A DNA stretch of 64,000 nucleotides from Dehalococcoidia bacterium (GTDB lineage Bacteria; Chloroflexota; Dehalococcoidia; DSTF01; JACRBR01). Shown here piece after piece: positions 18,328 to 27,621 of this stretch. The position numbers and the translations under genes are program-made. Every line of letters starts with the position of its first letter. Position 1 is the stretch's first letter. The stretch covers positions 6,681 to 70,680 of the forward strand of contig JBBRPY010000007.1 of NCBI GenBank assembly GCA_038227375.1, given 5' to 3'. The notes below the pieces were generated by a model. The model was not told where the DNA came from and did no database searches. It saw only the letters and a list, made by a program, of their open reading frames with translations.

Positions 18328-18330
18328 CCT

Positions 18331-19305
18331 CTACACCTCGATGTTCAGAATGCGCTGGATGATCATGATACCGACCGTCTCCAGCACCACTGCGACGGCC
18401 AGCATCAGCTTGCCGACCAGCGTGTGGAAGAGCGGGTCGATGTAACCGGGACTGAGCACCGTAAAGCCAAGACCGAGCGCTACCGGCAGTAGGCCGATGA
18501 CGATGCCTGTCAACATCTGCTGGCCCGTGAGCGTCGCGATCTCGCCGCGGATGCGGATGCGCTCACGCATCGTTTCCGCCACCGTGTCCAGAATCTCGCC
18601 GAGGTTTCCGCCGACGGAGCGCTGTACGACGATCGCGGTGACCACGATGTCCAGATCGTAGCTGCCGGAGCGCTCGCTCAGTCCGAGCAAGGATTCTTCC
18701 GCGCTCGAACCGATGTTCATCTCGTGGATCGTCCGCCCAAGCTCGGTCGAGATCGGGTGGCTCATCTGTTCGGCCGCGACGTTCATCGCCTGGAGCAGAC
18801 CGAACCCCGCCTTGAGCGAGTTCGAGATCATCGTCAAGGCTTCCGGGAGCTGCGCGTTGAGCTTGTTCACCCGGCCCTTGCGGCGGCGGTTGAGGTACCA
18901 CTTTGGCAGGTTGTAGCCGATCAATGCCGCGACAATCCCGACGAGCACGCCGGTGGCGCCCACGCCAAGAATGAACAGCGGCACGGCAAATCCGGCGAGC
19001 GCCAGCGCGAGGCGCAGCATCACAAACTCGCCCGGTGAGATCGTCAGGTCGGCGCGTTCGAGCTGCAGCGCGAGGGTCTCGCTCAGCCCGCCGCTGAGCA
19101 GACCGCTGAAGGGCCGGCCCTCACTACCGGATTTCTTGAGGGCGACCGCGTTCCCGCTCTCGATCACGGACGTACCGGACATCAGTCCGTTCAACCTGCC
19201 GCGCACGGCGGCGGATGAAGGCACCGCGGACCCGTAGAACGCAAACAGCCCAATCACGACCGTCACCATCGCGGACAACGCGGCAACTGCCGCCAGTGGA
19301 TCCAT
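18331..19305 (-). CDS. tadB: Tad pilus membrane platform protein TadB
   Basis: QLPEALTMISNSLKAGF, GGNLGEILDTVAETMRER. Confidence 0.92.
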   Translation of the reverse strand: MDPLAAVAALSAMVTVVIGLFAFYGSAVPSSAAVRGRLNGLMSGTSVIESGNAVALKKSGSEGRPFSGLLSGGLSETLALQLERADLTISPGEFVMLRLALALAGFAVPLFILGVGATGVLVGIVAALIGYNLPKWYLNRRRKGRVNKLNAQLPEALTMISNSLKAGFGLLQAMNVAAEQMSHPISTELGRTIHEMNIGSSAEESLLGLSERSGSYDLDIVVTAIVVQRSVGGNLGEILDTVAETMRERIRIRGEIATLTGQQMLTGIVIGLLPVALGLGFTVLSPGYIDPLFHTLVGKLMLAVAVVLETVGIMIIQRILNIEV

Positions 19306-19307
19306 GA

Positions 19308-20669
19308 CTACAACCCCGCTATCGCAAAGAGGTCCGCCGGAAGATGAATGCCGGAGACCTCGAATTTCTCCGAGAACCGCGGCCGGATGCCTGTCGTGCG
19401 CAGTTCTCCCAAAATGCGTCCATCGGTGTCGACGCCGGTCTGCTCGAAGCGGAACAGGTCCTGCATCGTCACGACCTGGCCTTCCATGCCGGAGACCTCC
19501 GCGACGGCCGTCACCTTTCGTGTTCCGTCCGGGAAGCGGGCGATCTGGATGACGAGATGGATCGCCGACTGCATCTGCTCGCGAATCGCCTTCACCGGCA
19601 GCTCGAACCCGGCCATCATCACCATGTTCTCGATACGGGAGAGGGCGTCGCGCGGCGTGTTCGCGTGGACGGTGCCCAGCGACCCCTCGTGGCCCGTGTT
19701 CATCGCCTGGAGCATGTCAAACGCTTCGGCGCCACGCACCTCACCGACGAGAATGCGGTCGGGCCGCATGCGCAGCGAGTTGCGCACGAGGTCGCGCTGC
19801 GTCACCTCACCGCGCCCCTCCAGCGATGGCGGGCGCGCCTCGAGCGTGACGACGTGCCCTTGCTGAAGCTGGAGCTCCGTCGGGTCCTCGATGGTGACGA
19901 TGCGCTCGGTATCCGGGATGAACGACGAGAGGGCGTTGAGCATTGTCGTCTTACCCGATCCGGTGCCGCCGGAGATGATGATGTTGAGTTTCGCCTGCAC
20001 GCAGGCGCGGAAGAACTCCGCAAGCTCGTTCGTTAGCGCGCCGGTCGCGACCAGGTCGCTGAACGTCATCTTGTCCGAGCGAAATTTTCGAATCGTCACC
20101 GTCGGGCTCTTCGGCGCCACCGGCGGAATGATGATATTGACACGCGACCCGTCAGGTAGACGCGCATCCACCATCGGCGACGACTCATCGACACGGCGTC
20201 CGAGGGGAGCGACGATGCGCTCGACGATACGCATGATGTGCTGGTCATCGCGAAAGCGCACCGAGCTGAGGTACAACCGGCCTTCCTTCTCATAGAAGAT
20301 TGTGTCGGGCGCGTTCACCATCACTTCCGTTATGTTGGCATCGCGCAGCAGCGGCTCGAGCGGGCCGAAGCCCAGCACTTCATCCGCGACGGCGGAGACC
20401 AGCTCGTCGCGCGTGGTGCCGACGATTCCGGGCATCTCCTGCGCGACGAGCGTGCGGGCAGCCTGCTCGACGGCCTCGCGGGCCTTGTCCTTGCCCAGAC
20501 CTTCGAGCTTGTTCGGGTCCAGCTCCTCGATGAGCCGCTGGTGCAGCGTGAATTTGAGCTCGTTAAGCGCGACCACATTCTGGGAAAGCTGGTTCGGCCG
20601 GTTGAACGTCCCGTTCGCGCCCGCCCCTGGCGGTTGGCCCTTCCGCGACTGCCACTGGAACTGACTCAT
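19308..20669 (-). CDS. cpaF: Tad pilus assembly ATPase CpaF/TadA
   Basis: GGTGSGKTT, LRMRPDRILVGEVRG, AMNTGHEGS. Confidence 0.96.
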   Translation of the reverse strand: MSQFQWQSRKGQPPGAGANGTFNRPNQLSQNVVALNELKFTLHQRLIEELDPNKLEGLGKDKAREAVEQAARTLVAQEMPGIVGTTRDELVSAVADEVLGFGPLEPLLRDANITEVMVNAPDTIFYEKEGRLYLSSVRFRDDQHIMRIVERIVAPLGRRVDESSPMVDARLPDGSRVNIIIPPVAPKSPTVTIRKFRSDKMTFSDLVATGALTNELAEFFRACVQAKLNIIISGGTGSGKTTMLNALSSFIPDTERIVTIEDPTELQLQQGHVVTLEARPPSLEGRGEVTQRDLVRNSLRMRPDRILVGEVRGAEAFDMLQAMNTGHEGSLGTVHANTPRDALSRIENMVMMAGFELPVKAIREQMQSAIHLVIQIARFPDGTRKVTAVAEVSGMEGQVVTMQDLFRFEQTGVDTDGRILGELRTTGIRPRFSEKFEVSGIHLPADLFAIAGL

Positions 20670-20726
20670 GCTGCTGTCCTCCGGCTATGTGCTGGCGCCA
20701 CGCGCCCGTCTTCGCGGCTGGGTGTC

Positions 20727-21920
20727 CTAGGCGGACCGCCCCAGGAACCGGTCCAGGAATCCGCGCTTCTCTTGTTTGGTGCCGGTCAGCGCGTGCGCGA
20801 GGTCGATGATCGCCCGGGACACGCGCGCGTACGGCTTCGCCATTACAATCGGCTGACCGAGCTGCGTACTGCTGGACACGCTCAAGTCATGCGGGATGCG
20901 CCAGAACACCTCGTACTCCAGCACCCGCGACACATCCTCCTCGCGCAGCGTGTTCGCCGCCGTCGAGTGGTTGATCGTGAGCTTCACCTTGTCTTCGGAC
21001 ACGGCCGCGGCGCGCAGCATCTCCAGCGCGAGCGCGGTGTCCTTGATGCTCGCGATGTCCATGCTCGTCACCAGCAGGATCAGGTTCGCCATCTCCAGCG
21101 TCGCTGCAATCAGCTCGTTGAACGTGCCGGGGGTGTCGATGACGACGTAATCGTGCGTCTGCGCGAGCAGCTCGACGATCTTCTCGATGTGCTGCGGCGT
21201 CATGTTGCGCCACTCGGTCGGGTGCAGGGGCGCCGGCAGAATTGACACGCCGCTCTGGTGCTTGACCAGGTAGTCGCGGATCTTGTCGCGGTCGATGTCC
21301 TCGATGCGGCGGGCGACGTCGGCAATGCTCGCTTCGACCGCCACATCCATCATGATCGCGACGTCGCCGAAGCGCGTGTCCATATCGAGCAAACAGACGC
21401 TGGCGCCCGTGATTTTTGCCAGCGTCACGGCCAGGTTCGTCGAGATCGTTGTCTTGCCGATGCCGCCCTTGGCGCCGAACACCGTCAGCACCGTGCCGCG
21501 CGCGGCGGTCTCCGACGTGAGGCCCTCGCTGCGCATGCGCTTGCGCTCTTCTTGCTCGAGCACGCCGTACACCGCGCGGCTCAAATCTTCGGGCTTGAGC
21601 GGCTTGATGATGAAGTCCCGGGCGCCCGCCAGCATCGCCCGCCGCACGGACTGCGCGTCCGCCAGCGATGAGTAGACGATCGTGGGCGCGTTCGGCACGG
21701 CGTCGGCCAGCGACTCGATCGTCTGGACGGCGAGTGCGATCGGCTCCTCGAAGGAGATCAGGAACGCATCCGGCGGCGTCTCCTTCGCCACCGTCACAGC
21801 CTCGACGCCGTACCCCGCTTCACCGACCACCGTAAAGTGGGCAAGCTGCACGGCGCGCTTCGTCTCGGCCCGGCTCCCGAGGTCCGGGTCTACGGTGACG
21901 ATCTCTGGATTCCTCGCCAT
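20727..21920 (-). CDS. cpaE: Tad pilus localisation protein CpaE/TadZ (pseudo-receiver plus MinD/ParA ATPase)
   Basis: Receiver-like N-terminus (AMLAGARDFIIKP), GAKGGIGKTT, VVIDTP. Confidence 0.9.
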   Translation of the reverse strand: MARNPEIVTVDPDLGSRAETKRAVQLAHFTVVGEAGYGVEAVTVAKETPPDAFLISFEEPIALAVQTIESLADAVPNAPTIVYSSLADAQSVRRAMLAGARDFIIKPLKPEDLSRAVYGVLEQEERKRMRSEGLTSETAARGTVLTVFGAKGGIGKTTISTNLAVTLAKITGASVCLLDMDTRFGDVAIMMDVAVEASIADVARRIEDIDRDKIRDYLVKHQSGVSILPAPLHPTEWRNMTPQHIEKIVELLAQTHDYVVIDTPGTFNELIAATLEMANLILLVTSMDIASIKDTALALEMLRAAAVSEDKVKLTINHSTAANTLREEDVSRVLEYEVFWRIPHDLSVSSSTQLGQPIVMAKPYARVSRAIIDLAHALTGTKQEKRGFLDRFLGRSA

Positions 21921-21987
21921 CGGTTGCGTCTCCTACGGGTATCGCCCGTTGCGTTCGAAAAGACTCTTCGTTCCTTCGACTGCCCTG

Positions 21988-22839
21988 CTACCGGCGGAAG
22001 TTCGGCGGGCGCAACTCGTCGGGCAAGGCCTTCACGGTATCGATTGGCACGAGCTGGGCGACGTCCGCAACGCCGCTGTCGGCGACATCCTGATCGCCCT
22101 TGTTTCGGAGCGTCGCGCGAATCGTGCCATTCTGCTCGGCCAGGAACACCTTCTGCGCGTCCGGCTCCGAAAGCAGCAGCGTCAGCGTGACGGCGTCGGG
22201 CACCGGCTTGGCGGCGGCGTCAGCGGCCACGGGCGCGCCCGCCGTTGCGGTACCCGCTGCCGTCGGCGCCGGACCGGAGTTGACGATCGCCTGCGCCACT
22301 GCCGCGATCTGCACGTTGCGCAGGATCGTCTTGCTGGTCAGCGGCTCCGTCTTCGGCCACGACCAGACGAGGTCCACGAAGTCACCCGGAAGAATGAGCC
22401 CGCCCGCGCTGATGATCTGCGACGCCTGGATGGACACCGCGCGCTGGCCCACGGGCACGACGCCAGAGAGACCAGCGGTCGCGCCCGGAGTCGTGTCGAC
22501 GATCGCCTCCGCGGTGACCTGCTGGTTGGCCGAGATCGGGAAGCGGGTGACCTTGCCCACGACGCTCTTGATGTCCGGGAAGGAGCCCGTCGCGGAGGCG
22601 CTCAGCGGCACGCTCTTGAGTTCGAGCAGGTCTTGCGTGATCGTCGTGCGCTGGGGAATGATCCTCTTCGCCACGACTACCTGGACGTCGCCCGCCGACC
22701 CACTTGACGAGCTCGACGTGCCGCCCCGCGAAGTCAAGGCGTAGAACAGTACGGCGGTCAGCGCGCCGAACAAGACTGCCACAATGAGGAACTTACGATT
22801 CGTCCGGCCACGCGCTGATCCGGTCGCTGCTCGTGCCAT
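21988..22839 (-). CDS. cpaB: Flp pilus assembly protein CpaB/RcpC
   Basis: TM, SAF domain (VVVAKRII), GQRAVSI...GGLILPGDFVD, VTLTLL...LRN. Confidence 0.9.
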   Translation of the reverse strand: MARAATGSARGRTNRKFLIVAVLFGALTAVLFYALTSRGGTSSSSSGSAGDVQVVVAKRIIPQRTTITQDLLELKSVPLSASATGSFPDIKSVVGKVTRFPISANQQVTAEAIVDTTPGATAGLSGVVPVGQRAVSIQASQIISAGGLILPGDFVDLVWSWPKTEPLTSKTILRNVQIAAVAQAIVNSGPAPTAAGTATAGAPVAADAAAKPVPDAVTLTLLLSEPDAQKVFLAEQNGTIRATLRNKGDQDVADSGVADVAQLVPIDTVKALPDELRPPNFRR

Positions 22840-22893
22840 AGCAATTCTCCCAACGTCGCGATCGCCCGGTTGGGGGCGAACTAAGCTGTATAG

Positions 22894-22920
22894 GTATCGG
22901 CCTCGCGCCGTGCCGCTTTA
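22894..22920 (-). promoter_or_regulatory. sigma28 (FliA/WhiG)-type promoter of the tad operon
   Basis: Minus strand TAAA-N15-GCCGATAC, 55 nt upstream of cpaB. Confidence 0.75.
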
Positions 22921-23004
22921 CGTCCCCTGAGGTCGAAGCTCCTGAATGCCGCTTCCCCAAAGCCATGCCGTCTCACTGGCTGACATAGCCATGTTCGACC
23001 CCGA

Positions 23005-23580
23005 TCAGGTCGCCGGGTCCACCTGCTTCATTGTTTTCCGGAGTGAATTGAGGGCGCGATGCTGGATCACCCGGATGGCGGCCACACTCTTCCCGATAAT
23101 CTCCGCTACTTCTCGGTAATCCAGATCTTCGATGAAACGGAGGATGATCACCTGGCGCTGCTCTTCCCGCAGCGTCAGAATCGCCTCCCGCACCAGTTCC
23201 TCCTCGGCGGTCCGCTCGTAGGCCGATTCTGGGTCGCGGTCGGACTTGTGCTCGACGATGCCGTCGTGGAGTTCCGATGACTCGCGCTTGGAGCGGAGGT
23301 AGCTCACGCCGAGATTGTGGGCGATGCGCAGCAGCCACGAGACGAAGGGCGCTCCCCGCACCTGATATCGCTCGATCGCCTCCCAGGCGCGCAGGAACGC
23401 CTGTGCTGTCAGATCCTCTGCCTCGGCGGCGTTGCCCACCATGTAATAGATGTGGCGGTAGACGCGGACCACGTGGCGGTCGTACAGCTCGCCGAACGCC
23501 TCCTGGTCCTTCTGGATGGCACGCAGGACGAGCGGAAGGTCGTCGTTCGCGCGCGGGACGGAGGAGTTGACGCTGACCAT
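23005..23580 (-). CDS. ECF sigma factor, BldN-like
   Basis: EAFGELYD...VYRHIYY...AEDLT...FLRA...SWLLRIAHN; region 4 KSVAAIRVIQHRAL. Start 23580 or 23625. Confidence 0.88.
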   Translation of the reverse strand: MVSVNSSVPRANDDLPLVLRAIQKDQEAFGELYDRHVVRVYRHIYYMVGNAAEAEDLTAQAFLRAWEAIERYQVRGAPFVSWLLRIAHNLGVSYLRSKRESSELHDGIVEHKSDRDPESAYERTAEEELVREAILTLREEQRQVIILRFIEDLDYREVAEIIGKSVAAIRVIQHRALNSLRKTMKQVDPAT

Positions 23581-23677
23581 ATGCCCTTGCACTCCCCGAA
23601 CTGACGCCGCGCACATTCGGGACAAATGAGCGCCGTCGATGGTGAAGTCACCTACGGGTGCGTTTGCGTCCCAATGA

Positions 23678-23705
23678 GAATCGGCAGAGTGCGGACGAAG
23701 CTTGA
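23678..23705 (-). promoter_or_regulatory. sigma28-type promoter of the ECF sigma gene
   Basis: Minus strand TCAAG-N15-GCCGATTC. Confidence 0.6.
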
Positions 23706-23759
23706 GGGCGGAGGGGGCGGGCGAATGGATTGTCGGCCGAGAGGCCGCCAGACGGCGTA

Positions 23760-25571
23760 TCAGTCGCTGCGCGGCATCAGCTCGGAAACGCTCGATGAGG
23801 GCATCTGGGTGCTCGGCCGCGCGGGCGGCTCCGGCGCGCGCCGGACGCTCGGCGGCACGGTCTCTTCGCCCGCCAGCGGCGGAGGCAGCAGCCGGAACTC
23901 GAATGTGTGCTGGCCGATCGCGAACGTGTCGCCGGATTCAAGGATCTGCCAGCCGCCGCTCGATCCGTCGGTCACCATCGCTGTCAGCCGCGTCATCTTG
24001 TGGACCATCAGCTGGCCCTTGCGGATCCAGATGCGCGCCTCCTCGGCCGTAAGCTCCGGGTCAGGAACGCGCACTGCACAGCGCGCGCCGGAACCGATGC
24101 TGACCGGGCTGGCGCCAACGCTGTACTCGCTCCCCAGGTCTGATCCGGCGCGCGAGATCAATATGCCAAGCGCCTCACCGACGGCTTCGTCCGGGGCCGA
24201 ATCATCGGGAGCGTCGGCGGGGCCGCCGCGGGTCAGGATTGGCTTGGCGAACGGCACGACGCGGCCGATGTCCGGAGCGTCTCCTCGCCGCGCGACGCGC
24301 ACCCGCGCCACGACGAACACGATAATCGCGATGATAGCCCCCACCGCGGCGCCGATGAAGACGAGCGGCGTGCTCGAGCCACCGCCGGCCGCCGGCACAA
24401 TCACCGGAACTACCGAGGAGAACTGCACGGATGCCTCAGAACTCCGGCCGCCCGTCTGGGCGCCCACGGAGAGCACGTGCGATCCGCCAGTGAATGATCG
24501 CGGATCGAACATCCAGGCGTACGGCGGGTCCACCGTCTCGAAGACCCTGACGCCATCCACGTGAAACGAGACGCGCGTACCGGCGCCGCTTGCGCCCGCA
24601 TCGACGGTGATCGTCCGCGCCGTCGTCAGCGATTCGCCGGCGGCCAGTCCCTTGATTGTGATCGGGACAGGGAAAAAGCCGGCGCCCGGGGTGTACGCCG
24701 CGGCCGCGATCACGGACGACCCCGAGTGCGCGACGCCGATCGACACCTGCGACCCTGTCGCGACCGCCGCCGAGGCGTCGAAGCTGACGATGTACTGCGA
24801 ATGAAGCAACTGCCCGACACCGGCGTAGAGCGCCGACAGGTCTTTCGGATCGGGCGCTTCGAGGTAGCGACCGTGCGTGACCTCGGCTAGCTGCTTCAGA
24901 TACGCCCGGTCAATGTCGCGGCCCTCACCAATGGTGAAGAAGGGCACGCCGATCCCACCAGCGGCGCCGATTGCTTGATCGCGTCCGATCGTCAGCGGCA
25001 CGCCGTCCTGCGCGCCATCGCTGAGGAAGATCACCGCGCGGCGGCTCGCGACCGATGTATTGACCTTGATCGCGGTGTTCGCCGTGGCTTGATAGAGCGC
25101 GGTGTTTCCGCGGGCAACCAGCCCATCAATCGCGTCGGTCATCGCTTTGCGGTCGGTCGTGTAGTCCTGCACGGACTGCACCTGGTCGGCGAAGCTGAAC
25201 AGCGCCACGCGGTCGCCGGGCACGAGCCCGGTGAGAAATCCCTTCGCCGCCTCCTTCGCCCGCGCGATCGGCTCGCCGCCCATGCTGCCGCTGGTGTCGA
25301 TGACGAACAGCACATCGAGTAGGATGTTCTGGCTCGATGCGAGGTCGGCGGAAACGACGGCGGCGGGCTTGCCGTCCACCGTGGCGGTGAAGTCCGCCGT
25401 CTTCAGGCCGGCGATCGCGGCGCCGGACCGGTCGTCGAGGTTGACCAGCGCGCGGGCGTTCGGGTAGTCGCCGTCCTTGATGCTTACGATGTCCGCGCGC
25501 AGCGTCGAGGGCTGCTGGGCGTGCGCCAGCGATAGCGTCAACACGCCCACGAGAGCGATGACGAGGACCAT
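23760..25571 (-). CDS. Single-pass protein: extracellular VWA plus Ig-like domain, TM, cytoplasmic FHA-like domain
   Basis: Signal peptide, MIDAS DTSGS, TALY, FLSDG; VSFHVDG...PPY Ig-like; TM; C-terminal LESGDTFAIG FHA-like end. Confidence 0.82.
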   Translation of the reverse strand: MVLVIALVGVLTLSLAHAQQPSTLRADIVSIKDGDYPNARALVNLDDRSGAAIAGLKTADFTATVDGKPAAVVSADLASSQNILLDVLFVIDTSGSMGGEPIARAKEAAKGFLTGLVPGDRVALFSFADQVQSVQDYTTDRKAMTDAIDGLVARGNTALYQATANTAIKVNTSVASRRAVIFLSDGAQDGVPLTIGRDQAIGAAGGIGVPFFTIGEGRDIDRAYLKQLAEVTHGRYLEAPDPKDLSALYAGVGQLLHSQYIVSFDASAAVATGSQVSIGVAHSGSSVIAAAAYTPGAGFFPVPITIKGLAAGESLTTARTITVDAGASGAGTRVSFHVDGVRVFETVDPPYAWMFDPRSFTGGSHVLSVGAQTGGRSSEASVQFSSVVPVIVPAAGGGSSTPLVFIGAAVGAIIAIIVFVVARVRVARRGDAPDIGRVVPFAKPILTRGGPADAPDDSAPDEAVGEALGILISRAGSDLGSEYSVGASPVSIGSGARCAVRVPDPELTAEEARIWIRKGQLMVHKMTRLTAMVTDGSSGGWQILESGDTFAIGQHTFEFRLLPPPLAGEETVPPSVRRAPEPPARPSTQMPSSSVSELMPRSD

Positions 25572-25694
25572 GATCCGTGCCAGTGTTATCGATGCGTTCG
25601 CCGTCGGATCCTCTCGATCTTGTGTGTCCGCTTACTCGCAGATGCGGCGAACAGCGGGCCTTCCATTTTTGTGTAAAGTTCGTCTCGTCGACTC

Positions 25695-25723
25695 TTGACA
25701 ACCGGTCCGCCGGATGCCAGAAT
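25695..25723 (+). promoter_or_regulatory. Housekeeping sigma70 promoter
   Basis: TTGACA-N17-CAGAAT with extended TGn. Confidence 0.75.
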
Positions 25724-25729
25724 CGACCC

Positions 25730-25967
25730 ACTTGAAGCGCGCGTTCGGCCAGTGGCACGCCGATCCCTCCGGGGCCGTCGCACTTCACAAGGCAGTATCG
25801 ACAGAATGTGGGCCGCGCTGAGCGGTACCGCGCGCCAAGCACGGATGCTAGGGCACGCAAGTCCGAAGCAGTTCCAGGGCGCGCTTTTTCGTCGCGCGCC
25901 AGATCGCGCCTTTGCTCTGCAAAGGCCCTCACATCGGGGCTACGGGTCCAGGGGACGCGCGTTCAGG
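25730..25967 (+). ncRNA. Candidate structured small RNA (~240 nt; 6S/Ms1-like hypothesis)
   Basis: Starts at the predicted TSS; 25731-25764 pairs with 25933-25967 in four stacked helices; several internal hairpins; no credible ORF. Confidence 0.6.
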
Positions 25968-26048
25968 AGGCGGGGCCTGGCTGGCGTCCTCTGGCCCCAA
26001 CCCATTTCCCGCCGAACCGCCCTCCCTCTCATCGCCGCCTCCCCTAAG

Positions 26049-26075
26049 TGCAGCTTTCTCGGCGCCAACCGATAT
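26049..26075 (+). promoter_or_regulatory. Possible sigma28-type promoter of the AAA ATPase
   Basis: TGCAG-N14-ACCGATAT; -35 is a weak match. Confidence 0.35.
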
Positions 26076-26196
26076 TCCTTTCGGAGGGCATCCGAAGGGC
26101 CGCGGCTCTTTCCGTCTCCATGCGACCGGGACGAACCCGCTCGGACACAGTAGTGGGAGCAGACGTGAGCAACGCGCGCGCTTCGGAGTGCACCTC

Positions 26197-27621
26197 ATGA
26201 CGACCGAGATCGCCGGCGGTCTGCGCACATCCCTGGCCGACACTCCCACCCTCCTCGACGCCGCCGCGACGGATGACACGGCAGCGCCGTTCGTGCCTCA
26301 ACCGCAGACCATCGAGGAAACCGGGCTCGACTTCTCGATGATGCTGGATCTCGTCGTGAAGTCCATCTACTTCGCCGGCCGACCGGCGGCGCGTCAGATC
26401 GCCGCCCAGCTCGCCCTCAGCTTTCCCGTGCTCGAGGAGGTGCTTGCCTTCATGAAGCGGGAGCAGCTCGCGGAAGTGGTCGGGAGCTCCGGGATGGGCG
26501 AGCAGCTCTATCAGTATTCGCTCTCCGGCAAAGGGCTGGAGAAGGCGGAGGAGGCGCTGAGCCGCAACCAGTACATCGGGCCGGCGCCCGTGCCCTTCGA
26601 GGTGTATCTCGAAGTGCTGAAGAAGCAATCCGTGCGTTCGGTACGCATCAGCTCGCAGTCGGTCGAGCAGGCAATCTCACATCTCGTGCTCGCCGAGCAG
26701 GTCGGCCTCGCCCTCGGACCGGCGGTCAATTCCGGGCGCTCGATGCTGCTGTACGGCGGGTCGGGCAACGGCAAGAGCACGATCACCAGCGCTATCGGCC
26801 GGATGCTGCCGGGCGAGGTGTTGATCCCGTACGCGATTGACCTCAACGGCATCATCGTCAAGGTCTTCGACCCGCGCGTCCACCACGAGATCCCGACAGA
26901 AAAGCAGATGGAGCGCCGCGCATCAGACGCGCCCGTCAACGGCGGCGCCGAGCGCAGACGCGACCGGCGCTGGGTCGTCGCGCGGCGGCCGATGATCACG
27001 GCCGGCGGCGAGTTGACGCTGAAGGACTTGGAGCTCCGCTACGCCGCGCAGTCGCAGTTCTACATCGCGCCGCTGCAGTGGAAGGCGAACAGTGGCATTC
27101 TCATCGTCGACGACTTCGGGCGCCAGATGATCCAGCCGAAGGAGCTGCTCAACCGCTGGATCGTGCCGATGGAGGAGCGCATCGACCACCTGTCCCTGCA
27201 CACGGGCGACATGGTGGAAGTGCCGTTCGACGTGCTGCTGATCTTTTCGACGAACCTCCGGCCCTCCCAGCTCGGCGATGAGGCGTTCTTTCGCCGCATC
27301 CGCCACAAGATCGAGATCCCCGACCCCACGCGCGAGCAGTTTCTCGAGATCCTCGCCCGCGTCTGCCAGCAACGCGAGATGCCGCTGGACACCGACGCCG
27401 CTCTCTACCTCATCGACGAGTACTACGACCGCACCGGGCGCGGCTTCAAGGGATGCCATCCGCGCGACATCATGGAGCTCGTCGTCGATATCTGCATGTA
27501 CCACGATGAGTCACCGGCGTTTACGCGCCGCCACCTCGACGCCGCCTGCCACTCGTACTTTGTCGACATGCAGGAAGATCCGGCGCCGGCGCGGACCAGC
27601 TTCGGCGGCCTCGCAGCGTAG
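26197..27621 (+). CDS. AAA+ ATPase of unknown function (N-terminal winged-helix-like region)
   Basis: Walker A GGSGNGKS, Walker B ILIVDDFGRQ, FSTNL, AFFRRIRHK; GGAG RBS before ATG 26197. Confidence 0.85.
   Translation: MTTEIAGGLRTSLADTPTLLDAAATDDTAAPFVPQPQTIEETGLDFSMMLDLVVKSIYFAGRPAARQIAAQLALSFPVLEEVLAFMKREQLAEVVGSSGMGEQLYQYSLSGKGLEKAEEALSRNQYIGPAPVPFEVYLEVLKKQSVRSVRISSQSVEQAISHLVLAEQVGLALGPAVNSGRSMLLYGGSGNGKSTITSAIGRMLPGEVLIPYAIDLNGIIVKVFDPRVHHEIPTEKQMERRASDAPVNGGAERRRDRRWVVARRPMITAGGELTLKDLELRYAAQSQFYIAPLQWKANSGILIVDDFGRQMIQPKELLNRWIVPMEERIDHLSLHTGDMVEVPFDVLLIFSTNLRPSQLGDEAFFRRIRHKIEIPDPTREQFLEILARVCQQREMPLDTDAALYLIDEYYDRTGRGFKGCHPRDIMELVVDICMYHDESPAFTRRHLDAACHSYFVDMQEDPAPARTSFGGLAA

Noticed and set aside
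25571-25620. ATCGATAA upstream of the VWA gene as a further sigma28 promoter
   Set aside because: The -10 is plausible but there is no acceptable -35 at 14-16 nt.
25855-25875. GCAAGTCCGAAGCAG as SRP RNA helix 8, or the RNA as RNase P, tmRNA or a c-di-GMP riboswitch
   Set aside because: Lacks CAGG-CC-GNRA-GG-AGCA geometry, GAGGAAAGUCC, tRNA-like ends and the GCAAAC/GCAAAG arrangement.
25912-26196. 95-aa N-terminal extension of the AAA ATPase
   Set aside because: Low-complexity, overlaps the RNA candidate and promoter; a good RBS precedes ATG 26197.
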